Assembly: GCA_002633005.1 (NCBI GenBank)
Contig: NMRA01000079.1
Coordinates: forward strand, 58,330 to 122,329
Length of the DNA stretch: 64,000 nt
Source of the DNA: Phoronis australis
Lineage: Eukaryota > Animalia > Phoronida
Direction of reading: 5' to 3'
Within the stretch, counting starts at the first letter, position 1; the number at the start of each line of letters is the position of its first letter. The translations under genes were made by a program, and so were the position numbers. Below, in pieces: positions 48,501 through 62,100 of this stretch. The notes beneath the pieces were generated by a model. It was not told where the DNA came from and did no database searches. It saw only the letters and a program-made list of their open reading frames with translations.

Positions 48501-51500
48501 GGAAAATCACGCGGCCGACCGTTTGGAAAGTATGCTGGAAACCCTAGAACCGCACGATAGCTAAGTGGCGATTACACGTAGTTTGTCTATAAGGTTGTCT
48601 GCGTTCCATAAGCAAAGATTTCAGTTCGCTCTGCAAGTGCTTCGCGTTTAATCGTTAAATCTGCGATCGGAACGCCGCCCAGCAATTTCCGATCGTGTCA
48701 AGTTTCCGCCCGTTTCGTCAAGTTGTTTAGCCGGACTCAAGAACGAGTTAGGTGCAACAGACCTCTTAGATTTGCTATGTTCATGAATTGGTCTCCGTGA
48801 CAGTTTCAAAAACACTTGGCAGTGTTCGACGCTTAGATAGACGGCAGGTCGTAATTGGCGACTTGCGGAGAATCCCAGGTCGCCAGGTAAATTCCGAGGT
48901 TTCCAAAACACACGTCAGAATTGTCGACTAAAAAATGTAAGGCCGTACTCGGTTCTCAGGAGCTTACACACACCTCTAATTTCTCTTGGTAAACAAAATA
49001 TGCACCATTCAATCGCCAACTCAATTCATTCTGCTAACGAAGATAGGACGCAGACGATCGCATACAATGGAGGCACTCGTGTTTCACCGATCTTGTCTCA
49101 TTTTTGCCGAATAGTTCCGACTTCCGTCAGTTCACTTCCTGTTGTATTTTAAGCGCGTTTGATGTATGCTGACTTCTAATGGTGGGAAATGCACTGATTT
49201 CGCGAAACAAAGGGCTCCGTTGTGAAGCAAACAAAGGCATTAAAACTAGAAATACTGTTAATAGGTTGAAACGAATTTCGGGGGAATTGTTGCCTGATTT
49301 TGATACTTTCTGTGGCGACACCAGGCCCCAAATAGAGCACTGCTTGGTCAACAGAAGCGTTTTTTTAAATTAAATAAACAACAAATTGATCACTCAACAA
49401 ATAATAAAACCTCATTATTTAAGAATTTGGAAATGCAGTGAGATATTTTACCTTCCACAGTCGTGCCTACTGATACTTCATAATGGTGAATCCCGCTATC
49501 AGCATCACTGAAAGTTTTATCCCATCGTGCATAGATGGCGCTAGTTGATTTTGTGTATTCAATGTCCACGTTGTCAGACGCAGAAGCGGTATCCCATACT
49601 CCGTAACCCTTGGCAACCTTCGGTGGTGTGAAATCAACACGGACTCCGTCGGACTCAACTTCTGTATACTCATTTGCGTTCCACCAGAAACGCACGTACA
49701 ACGAATATTCTGCACGCTGGAGAAGCGCCTTGTTATATGGTAAACAATACACAGCAGTTTTCACAAGACCGTTGTCAAACACAAACTTTTCAGTGATAAG
49801 GTTCAACAAACCAGCACCCACGCCTTGTTTCTTCCGGCCAAATCCCCATTCGTAGCGAAAGGCACTACCTGTGAGCTCCCAAGTACCGGAGAGACACTTA
49901 TCAGAAGCCGTGTAATCCTGATTTTTTTTAATATCCAGTCCATCCACGACTTTGAGGTTGCGACTTGATGACGTATTTGTACAATCTTGTTCATTGCCAT
50001 CATGTCTGCAGTTGTAAAATGTTCCGCCATATTCACCGCATGAGCAAACTTTCTTGCACCCAAATACTACGCAGGAATGCCGCTGAATGAATAAATTATC
50101 AGGAGAGACAACTTTCACGGAGGTCTGGCCAATATCTGACGTCATACCAGCCCCATTGACTGCGTAAATGGTAATGTAGACCACGTCACCGACGTTTATG
50201 CTGCTGGTGAGTGAGAACGTGTGGCTCTGAACTGCAGAAGAGGAGTCGTGGGCGACCTCTGTTGGTTTTAATATGTCCCACTTATGGTAGTTAGTTCCAA
50301 ACGTCACTACGTACTTGTCAATACCAGACTGGCCGTCGTAAAACTCTTCCCATTCCAAATTAGCCGTCGAGCCACCAGCTCCATAAGTTAGCGTGTGATT
50401 GAAATGTCCCAAATGCGGAGGTGTGGAATCAGTTAACAAAGGCTTAGATGTCGCTGTAGTACAGAGTCCAGCCGCATTACATCCCGTGACTATTGCCCAG
50501 AAGCGGTCACCATCTGCCATCTGGTGACTGCCAGCTAAAACAACAGTCACATGGGATGCCGCGTCCAGATGGTATTCGCTGACTGGGTGTTGGTTGTCAT
50601 CATGGGATTTCACGTCGACCACGTGACGAACAACAGGACTCTCTCCGTCAGTAAATTCCCAATGAATACGAATAAGTGAAGGGTCGTACTGAGTGTTGGC
50701 CTTACGCGACACACCATCAACATTAAATGACGGCGCCGTCTTTGCAGTTGGAGCTGTATTGTCAATAATGAAATGGTGGGATGATACGACGGTAATGTGA
50801 TCGGCATTGTTTGTTGCCTTAATTTTCACGTACAGCTTTTTATGGGGTGTAAGCGACAGGCCACCTTTATGAACCTGTTTTGTGAGATAGGCGTTAGTGT
50901 AGGAGACCTCGCTGCAATCGTCACCATCATCCGTACCAATGCACCATTCGTACCGGCGAATATATGAATGCGGATCATTGAATCCGAACCAGCGGATGGA
51001 GATGGAAGACCTAAAAATACGAAGGACGTTCATCAAAAACCAATTCCATGCTCCAATTCCGGTAATATGTGTTAGCAACTAAGAATCATTATACAGACTG
51101 AGCTAAATATTTTTATTCAAGTACTGTCAATTATTTTTGTAGCTGTAAAAATGCACAATTCGAGAGGGTTGCGCAAAATGTCTCTTTAGTCCTTATCAAA
51201 TTTGCAACGAAGTTTTATTTGAACTGATCGTCCAAGTTCTCGAAGTTTATTTTTTCAGATTTGAGTTATTGTCAATCATTTGCTTCGTATGTACGTTACT
51301 CATACTGGGGTTATAAAAATACCCGTGCGGTAAATTCTCCGCCAATCTAAAAACTTGGTTAGATGTTGACCACTCACGTTTCTGCCTGATACGTGGAATG
51401 GTAGTCGTCATATCCCACATTCACGATGCCAGAGAGTGGAGGAGAATTGTCGGCCACTACACCGTCAGATGTCGCTGTCGTGCACATGTCGATCTCATTA

Positions 51501-53102
51501 CATGCTTTGACAGTGACATAGTACTTCTCGCCAGGGACGAGCTGCATGATGACTGTATATGCTAGAATAAGTCCAGTTTATGTTAATCACTTAACAAATG
51601 ATTCATCAAGTTAAAGGACAAACTGTCTTTACAATGGGCAACGTCCGTGAAGAGGTATAGAGACAATGCAGATGCCCAAAGTTTATCTGACAAGTGTGCC
51701 TCGCCATTGGCCTAATTCCTTCTTGAGGTACTTCAATCAAGATTGTTACAGAGCAACATTTCCCCCACCATAAAGCCAACACGGCAATACTGCATGATCG
51801 CTAAGCCAAAACTTTATGACTCTCATTTTGAAGCAAAAGGGAGGGCCATCTTTATACTTCCTTTACAAATGACAACGTACAGAAGCGAACTTCCAATAAT
51901 CTTCTGTCCTTATGGACGCCCAAAGTTTCCGTTCACAATACTTGTCATAATCTGTGTCTGCTAGCAAGACAATAAGCCCTGCCTTCACTTGGCTTCTAAG
52001 TCTGTCTATAATCTTTCAGTATACCCAGATATACGTGAAATCCACACACCTGTCACGAGACCAACGCTCTCGAAAGTATGGGCGTCCTGTTCCCCGCGTT
52101 CTGTTCCTACAGCGACGTAATACCTAACATCCGACTCGCCATCTTCAAAGCCAAACCAATTGGCTGATATCTCTGTGGTGTCTTGTTGATAATCCCAGTC
52201 ACCCTATGATGGATTAATTGGCCAGAGATAATTTCCATCCAAAACCGTCTATTTCAGAGCACCCACTTAAGAATTGCCTGGGGACGTTGTCATGAGTTTA
52301 TTTGAATAACGGTTCCCAACTCCAAAAGGCAGGGATTTCGACTAATCAGAATTGTGAAACCTTTGACGACAAGAAACTTTAGACACGAGGAAAGTTTTAG
52401 GTGTCTCCTATTGGTTAGAGTAACATTCTCATTATAGCATTATAAACATTGTTTAATGATTTGCATCCAATGGACGGGTCTGTTTCAGGAAAAGTGACCT
52501 AAGAGTACTTCAGATAAAAATTGGTGGTCTTAACTTTCATATCTGAAAATACACACATAACTAATACATGTAGGTATTTAGATAATTTCTATAAAATGTT
52601 TCTGGACTGTGATGCACTTATTACCCCTTTGCCAGACCTTTATTAAGCAATTGACCAATTGCAAGCTCCGACTCCGTGCGAAAAGTCGACAAACAAAACA
52701 ATAAGTTTTACCTGACGACGTGTTGTTTGTCGGTTATAATGGCGGTTTGGACACGAAGGTGTGTCAAGGATGCTGCGTTCCGATTGGTCAGTTAAACTGT
52801 CATTCAAAATCCTGGCGATAGGTTAATTCTGAATAGGGGTCATAAAACCAAACGTCTGTCCGAAGTTTCAGGGCACTTTTCATGAAACGGACACCTGGTA
52901 TTCTGCTTTTTGCTGTCGCACAATTAGTCCACCCTTTCAGTGTAAAAACACTCCGGTAAAGCACTTTCTCAACATGTCGAGGTAGCGTGGTTCTAAGTGA
53001 ATGGTTTTGCCCGAAGCCCTCGGTTTATTCTCCTGACACCTGCTTATTGGGAACGTTTTGCATTTTTTCAAACTCGAACTCAACGTGTGTGTGTGTGCGT
53101 GC

Positions 53103-53149
<47 letters not shown>

Positions 53150-56100
53150 GTAAGTAAGTAAGTATACTGCCAGACATTACTTTATTTTAAAAAAATTTTG
53201 AAACAAAAAGTCATAATTTAAAAAGTGACTTAGTTGTGGTTGACATTTGTAAATTGAAGTAAAGAAGATTTACCCGGTAGTGTATTTTTAAGGATTGTCA
53301 GTTCTCAACACCTTATGAACATTGTCTCTTAAATGATTTCCCGCCTCTACGCTAGATGGCAACACATGTTGCTGTTTGGGCGGGTAAACTCCACTCGATT
53401 CAGTGACATGTTTGTTACCTGTGTAACAGTCGCGTCTCCTTCACTGAACTCACACTGCGGGAGACTAATCGATACAACTACTAAATGTTCAAAATGTTCT
53501 GGACAAGCACCAGGTGCTCTTACGTGACAATAGCTTTGACAAACATGTGTGACATGGTAATAGCCAATCAAAGTTTAACGTGAGCTAATAAAAACTGAGG
53601 AAGTACTAAGTGTTTCAGAGCATGTGTGTTTTTCCAAAATTTGGGCTAACGAGGAGAAAGGTACACAATGCAATAAATAGATACAATTTGAACTCATCTG
53701 TCCTGCCCATAACTCACTTGTTTTCTGTCGGGTCCGTCGTAGACATAACCTTTGGCTGGTCCAGACTTATCACACGTGAAAATAGGAGAGTTGCCTACAG
53801 CAGAAAGTCCCACCACATTTGTGGCCTGAAAGTTTCAGAAAAGCAGCGCCATGAGAACACAAACCCAAGTGCATAACAGAAAAGCAAGAAAACACAATTG
53901 TAAAGACGTACATGTATAACTCGCAATGAATTTGAAAATGGGTGCACTTGAATCACTAAGTATAGTCAACAAAAATAGACACAACTGACATACGTACAAG
54001 TATCTGCGCGTAGTAGTGGTGACCTTCTACGAGGGGAAGATCCTGGAAGATAACAAAGTTGTGTGAAGCTTCGCTGAAAGGTACGACGTCCTGACTGCGC
54101 GGGTGAGCTCCTATAGCAACCCTGTACGTGATCAAAGCACTGTGGGGATCACTAAAGTCCTCCCAATGTATCTCCAATTGGTCGCATCGAACCACCGGTT
54201 GATGTCGAGTTAAGCTCCCAACCCGAACAATGTTGGCTTGTGGGGGCGTTGTGTCAACAAAGATTCCTTGTGAAACTGCAGTGGCTGATAACCCCACGTG
54301 GTCAATAGCTGTAAAATAGGTAACCATCACATTTATAGAGTCAAGACAAGCTGATGCGAGGCCAAGTTTGAAATCGACAAATCTTACTCAGTGGCAATGA
54401 CATTACCTTTAACAGAAACATAGTACGTCTTCCCAGATTCCAGGTTAAGACCTGTTGCAGTGGTGGCCAGAGATTGACCAACGTCAACAAATTCTCGAAC
54501 GTCCACGGCGCCAGGCGTTGTTCCTTAAAACAATATGTTGTAGTTACAAGCATAGCAATGAATAATATTGGCACCAACTTTAAAGAGTTGAAAATATTAC
54601 TAGTATTTAAAACACAAAGTTTCAGTTTACAAATTGTATCATCTTCGTCAACCTTTCTGTCCAAAAAGTAACACAACTCGTTACTGGAACTTACCTATTC
54701 CGTACTTGTAAGTCTTAATTCCTGTAGAATGGAACATAACATCAGCCATTGACTCTTCGATGTCGACGAATCCCCACCACCTGACGACCAATTCATGGTT
54801 GTTTTGCGTGTACCCTTGTCTCAACGTGTCTACAGCGACAAATCCTCGACTTGGTGGGCTCGTGTCCACTATATAGCCATTACTGCACATGCGCAATTCT
54901 GGAAGGAACTCCTTTGAGTTCTCTCGAGTCACTACTGTCTGATTGCTGTGAACACAAGTGTAGTACTTTCTCCCGTGTTGTAAATTCAAGCCACTGAACG
55001 TGACAAAATTGTTGACAGTCTGGATTTGGTCGCCAATGCATTCCTTCATACCGTGGGCGCAACCGAAAGGCATTGGCATAGTTGCATTAGTTCCGTTTAC
55101 TTTATGACCGGTGAGATTATACGAATACTGAATGTAGTGGTGGACAGCCCCTGGTGTGTCTGTTATGTACCAAATGTACCATGGATATTGAAGACCAGTG
55201 ATAGCAGCGGAAACAGACTTTGTGTCGTTAATATAGTCCTTGTCCAACTTGTGGAGAACACGCGCTTTTTCTTCAAGTTTCTCGCTATTTATTAAATCAC
55301 GTACACCCAACGTGGTTTGCAGATCGAAAATATAATGGCCCTCGTCAATCCCACTGTCCGATATCTCAAAGGTTAGAGGCGACGATGCGATAGAGAATGT
55401 TCTTAGAGGATTGTATCCTTTCACAGAGAAGTAGATTGCCTTCAGTGGTCTGTGTTTCAGATGCATTTCGTGAGTCACCTGTAAAATAGTGTTTTTTAGA
55501 AATTATGGCCTTGACTTCGGTAGATCGAGAAATAAATCGATATTCGTTTGGCTTAGAATATTGCAATTGCGTTATGTTAACGAAGGGTAAAGAGGTAACA
55601 CGGACATGAATTTGGTTTTGCAACTGGGTTATCGTTTCATATCAATCAGTACGTAAAAACATTGTTTTTGTGAAAATTCATTGGTGTTACTGTAGACAAG
55701 ACCCTCAGCTGGTCTAGCCATATGAGTGGTACTGTGTCCAAAATTAGACAACGTCTTGGTATTCTCCGCAGAAGGGCTTCTGCAATATTTCTGTGCTTGT
55801 ATATTTCCTCTGTTAGTTTATTGTTTATTTGTTTTCCTCTCTAATGAATGCTCAGACGCAGGCGGCCAGACTTGTTCTATATGTACCTGTTGACACTCCA
55901 TCAACTAATATGTTTAACAGACTGGGGTGGCTCCCTATTGGCAAATATTTTACATTTTGGCGTTTGTATATGATGTATATTTTCACAATAATGTACCAAC
56001 TTATTTATCCCATAACCTTGTACTTGTTCGAAATAGCAACCCAAATCAGGACAAGATTTTCTACCTCAAACAATTTGGTTTTGCCTAAACACAGACCTTC

Positions 56101-59100
56101 GTTTTACTCAAAGTCCTTCTTTATTCAGGCCATTTAACAGTGGAACAACTTGCCAAATAGAAGAAGGCTGACCGTTATGATGACTTCAGACTCAAACTCA
56201 TTAGTTACCTGTGGTCGTCATAGCTGTCCCTCCTTTTGTCACTCCAATGTGTATACAATATCAAAAAATATTTATTTATTTTTAATTCAGTTTGTATATC
56301 CAATTTGTAAATGCTCCTTATTTATTTAATTTAATTTTTGCTGTACAGGACCACGCTCTATATTAGCCTTTGGCTGAAGCATGTTTTATATCTAATTTAT
56401 TTCATCCTCTATAAATAAAGTTTATAATTATTATTTATTTACAACACAGTTAACATACTATTATACAATTTCAAGTAACATAGTAATGTTATTACAATGA
56501 TTGTTATAGAGTTACGGTGTTATGAAGGACCTTACTGACAACGGTGTATTTAGGCAAATGTCTGTTTAACTATATATTCATAAAGCACAAAAATGGTTCT
56601 AGATGATCATTGCAATGGGTCCACATGCGCAGCCTGCGCACGTGTGGTGCAACGTGTACAATACCTCCTGATATTATTTTAGATAGATTTCTTCAAAATT
56701 TAAGATTCTAACTCAGCAAAAATAAATATTATAAAAATTGAAAGCCCGTAGAATTTTATGTTTGGCTTATTATCCGTTTGCCATTAATTGGGTCACGTGT
56801 TTTCAGGAAAATTTAGCGAAAAGGGTTCATTCACATTAGATTAAAGGTATTAAGAGCACGTGTAAAATTCGTTAACAGCATATATTCAAGATAAAATCTC
56901 CATAACTCTATTGTAGTTTTCTAAATTATCATTTCATATTCGTTTTACGCATTTTTTATTATTTGTTATCCTATTTTGGATAACCACTCATGCAAAATTC
57001 ATGAAAAGAATACTACGTTGACAACCTATCCGGTAGAGATTTGGCAAAGCAACGGTTTGCGCACCACAGAATCTGGCGGTTCAGATCAAAAACACCATGA
57101 TGCTGTAGTTAATTAAATCGCCTCAGGCTACTGATGCTATCGTGATCACAATTGGGGACGATATTAATTTCGTTTTGAAAGTTTGTAAATAGCCTATTTG
57201 AATAGCTCGTGAAACGCGCACGTGATTGGGTTTTTGAATAGCCTATTTGAATAGCTCGTGAAACGCGCACGTGATTGGGTTTTTGAATAGCCTATTTGAA
57301 TAGCTCGTGAAACGCGCACGTGATTGGGTTTTTGAATTTTGGATGTTGGACAGCAAATGTGACTTACAACCTAAACGTTTGCATAATGTTGCAATATGTT
57401 CCTCATTAATTCTGCTAAGAGTGAAACATAATTGGGCCAATTAACAAACCACCAGCAGTTGGATTTTGAGATGATCCAAGAGTCATTGTGCAATTCTAGG
57501 CGTGTTGGAACATTTGAAATACAATTCCTCACAGCGTTTCGGAGAACAGGACATGAACCATGTTATGTGACAGTCTCATATGAAACTAGTCCGACCAGTC
57601 GCTCATGACATAAACCATGGAATGTGACAATCTCATATGAAACTAGTCCGACCAGTTGCTCATGACATAAACCATGGAATGTGACAGTCTCATATGAAAC
57701 GAGTCCGACCAGTCGCTCATGACATACAGTATAGTATGATAAACAACGTTGACTAAATTTGGTCGTTTTTTCTAGAGTCCAGCTGCATAACATTAGCATT
57801 TTGCATTTCGAGGAAACAAAACAGTTTGATCAAAACGCTTGTGAAAACCTCTTTTTACTTAACGTGAAGTAATCATTTTATTTACCTTAATTGTGGTCTT
57901 GGAGAACGAAGTGGATACGTTTGTCCAAGGAGTGATTGGAGCAACACCGTCTGGCTCTGATGTCACAGCCCACTGATGTTCAATCGCTTTGCTCTGTAGT
58001 ATTCCCTCGGTCACTAAAAATGGTGTCCACTCAGCTTGTATGATGATCGTCATGCTGTCTCCCACTTTTGTTGCGTTGGCAACGACAGCTTTGACAGTCG
58101 TCGGTTGAACTTCACTGTTGTAAATGATAACGCCACTTGAAGTTACTGCTGGCAGACATTTTGAATGAAAGCACATGGCAACCCTTAAACGATATTGTTT
58201 CCCGTTTTCCAAGTTTAAATTCCCGACGATATAGCTGTTAACTTTACCGACACTTATGTCCGACGTTATCACACCAACTTCACTGCACGCGATACTGTTC
58301 GACTTCTGAGTGCAGTTTTCTTCAACAACTGATAGTGAGTAGTGGGTATAATGTGAGCCAAGATCACCAGAGTGGCGCCACCATCCGGCCAAGTGTTGGC
58401 GTGACGCCTGATAAGCGGTATCTTCGGAACACGATGACAGCACTGCACAACCAGGACCGTCAAATACGTGGAGTTGTGATTGGTGGGAAGACGGATCAAT
58501 GACTTTTACCCCGTCAGATGATACAGTTACATTCCCGACAGATCCTTTAGCTAATACTGTGGCGTAATATGACGTCTTGTCGGAAAGGGCCAACCCCGTG
58601 AAGCAATAGGAAGTTGCATTGCCGACATTTGTGAAAGACTGGACGTCTGACTGTGCTTTTGTCGTGCCAATGGCAACTTCGAACGTTAATTTGTCTCTAT
58701 AATGCTGAAAACCTGACCATTTCGTGCATAATTTCGATGTGCTGAATTGAAAATCAATATCAGATTCATGTTTAGCATTCGCATTATCTTCGATATCGTA
58801 AACAACGCCCGATCTAGGCGGGGTAGTTGTTTTTAGGCGGAATCCTGTTGACTGGAAAACGGCGGATAGTCGAGCTGTGTTAGAGACTTCGATGGAGAAA
58901 AAGTATTCCTTATCTGACTCGTGGTCGTGATCAACAAGTGACTGGAGGGGAAAGCTTGCCTGGTATGAACCGCCATTCCCTGTGACGTTGGTGAATTGTA
59001 CAATCTCTTGCAGGTTGATCGAGGTGCCTTGAAATTTAAATTAATAAATCTTCAATTGTTATCTTTAGTTTGCATGCGTCAACCAAAAAGCAAAAGATCC

Positions 59101-62100
59101 ACTAAAAGGTAAACTAGGTTTACCCAAACATTCAATAACTGCAAAAGCTTCTGTTAAAAATTTACCGAGTTCAAAATTAAGCTATGACGTTTTATCGTTC
59201 AGAAGGCAAAAACATAATATTATATGAAAATGTTAGTATTGACGATTGGAACATTTAAGAGCCGCGCTGCGGTGTGTTGTCACAACAAGGTTATACCGTA
59301 CCATTATGCATAACGTAGTTACCGAACCAAATGACGTACTACCGGCGGGGTAGAGTTCAGCTGCTGTCTCGCGGTCAAAAATCTAGCCAAAATCACGTAC
59401 TCTCACTGAAAATACACGGCCATATCTAGCGTAATCTTGCAAAGTCTTGCTTTTTAGCGAGGTGCTATGGAGGTCCTAGCGGTAGGCCTACTGAACTCTA
59501 CCCTGTACTCTGATACAAGAATGATTATACGAACGGTTAGTGGTATTTCCGTTGTGAACTCTGGCACAAGTTGGAGCAATTTGCAGGCAGAGCTGGAGCA
59601 CGTTTCATAAAAGTTGACTTAAGACCAAAGTTAAGACCAAAACTCTAGCTAAGTTAAGATCGAAGAAGAAATTTCATCAAAGTCCGTTTCGTGAATGCAA
59701 AGTCGACTCTAACTCGGTCAAGTCAGTTTTAGAAACAGGTCAGTTTACTAACTACGTATTCACCCCNNNNNNNNNNNNNNNNNNNNNNNNNNNNNNNNNN
59801 NNNNNNNNNNNNNNNNNNNNNNNNNNNNNNNNNNNNNCCCCCCCCCCCCCCCGTTGCAAATTCACAAAACTAAGCGAAGCGGTGTCTGAAATTGGGATTC
59901 GAGGATAACCTTGGCATTGAAATTATAAATGAGATCTAAATTACATTTTGATGCAAAAGCAACATTTTTTTGATTGAGGAGGTCCTGGCATGGCTGGGTG
60001 ATATCATTTCACGTTCACATTAAGTCGCATTATATTGTCTTCGCAGATTTGCCGGTTCTCGAATTGAAAGCAGGCGGTTTTCAATTTGACATTGTTTAAG
60101 GACATTGGATTGTGAAAAAAATCAACGAAATTTGTTCCTGATCATTTAGATCAATACTCCAATCTTAAGCCTATTCCGTAGTAGGCTAGCTTTCGGTCTT
60201 AGGTTAGAATGACGCCAATCTCAACTTTATTATTAAGAAATTTCATGAAACGGGGCTAAGTCATTTTGGTTTTAAGTTGACCCAATTTTGATGTAACATG
60301 AGTCAGACCAGTTTCAGGACAGCAGACATACATTCACGCGAATCAAGAAATCTCAAAGTCTCAGATTCGACAAAGTTTAGAAATTTAACCAAGCTTTTAC
60401 GATTATTGTTGTTACTTTCTGAACAATTATTGTTTGGCGAGAGTTAATGATGTGTAGGGTTAATTCGTCCCGCAAACGGGTTACCAGCGCGCGTTGACAA
60501 ATAACAGTCTAAATTCCTTACATTGCGTAATTTTCAAGTCGAGCTTTGAGAAAAGAAATTATACCGACCCAGGGTCCTGTTGAAGCTGAACGTAATAGAC
60601 ATGTATACAGACACAGTTGATTGAGACCTTATGCCTTCATAAAAGTTGAAACAAAACTGGGCTCACCTAAAGCCCACTTAAATGCTGTCAATGGATTTTC
60701 GTCTTCACTATCAGTGAAATCACTGGCAGACCAAGATAATGTGACTTCAGTGTGCCCTACAGATGGCGTAAACGTCTGGCTCGTTGTCGGTGGAGTTTGA
60801 TCTATGACGAATTTTCCAATAGCTTCAATAGATTCTAAGCCAACTTTGTTGATAGCCTTCACCATAACATACACTTGGGATGCTTGCCCGAATCCAGTGT
60901 GAAGCTTCTTAAAGTGTGTTTTCATTTGAGTGGACTGATACCCAACAATGTCCGGTACTGCTTTCTTGTTGGCAGCAGATGCGAATCCTATTTCATAATC
61001 GCGAATTTGACTCTCAGTTTCATTAAACTTCCATGATAGTTCTAAAGTGTCTTTGTGGTGATAAATTGGTGTTTGTCCGTTAGTTTTGACACCCAGTGGA
61101 ACATTGTAACTGACAAACACTGGAGGTGTAGTGTCAACGATAACACCATCACTGCAAGACGGCACTGATGGCGTAATGGCGTTGTTAATTGCGATTACAC
61201 TGACGAAATAACGCTTTAGGCTAGTTGTCAGTGTGCCTGTCGTGTTTGCAGTTGTCTTTGTTCCGTTCGCATAGAGTTCGTCGGTTGTCCAGCATCGGTC
61301 AGCCACTGCGTACCTGAATAATAAAAACATATAACTAATGTTATTATAACAAAACCAAAGTCGTAGATACTGTTCTCTGTTTTTAACTTAATTGTTTTTG
61401 TTTCATTTTGAATTTTAATCTTAGTGTATCTTTTATCTTCGCCATTGTTTGTGATGAGAAGCACCCTATTGTCCTGTTTCAGTTAAAATTGTAAAGTGTC
61501 CATTTCAAGAATGAGATTGGTGTACTATGGAAACACTGACTTGTAGTATCGTATTCCACTTTCGTAGTCTACAAATCCTAGCCACGATCCCACCACAGAG
61601 TTATCACTTTTGTAATCGACGTCTGTCTGTCCGTGACTTCCGTCCCACACTGTACCGTTCGTGGGGGGCGAGTTGTCCGCGTGAACCTTTAACTCAAACT
61701 TCTTGACTAGTCTCGCCTCGTTTTCGACCTCGATCTCAAAAAAGTAGTCCCGGTTGTGCATGCCGACGTGGGTATTTAGTGCGACTATCGGATTCAAGTC
61801 GAGGGCGTAAGTGGACATCTCACAAGGCCCGATGGAAGGACAGTAGCACGGAGCTCCTCCTACGGGACATGGCTCCTGGAAACCAAACACGAAAGGATAT
61901 ATTATTCCAGCATTTGTTGAACAAAGAAAAAGGTTTGCATGTCGCAAATAATCTTTGACTTGCGCTAGGATTGCACTAAACATTTTTGCTTGTTGTTCAT
62001 ATACCAACTCAGTTATGGCACATTTACCTTCCTATCTTTACACACGCTCAACTGAATGCTAGTTTCATCGTTCGTTTATGCACAGCTGCGGAGACTATTC

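Noticed and set aside
57188-57727. CRISPR-like array
   Set aside because: Units are contiguous with no unique spacers, there are no cas genes, and the context is a eukaryotic intron.
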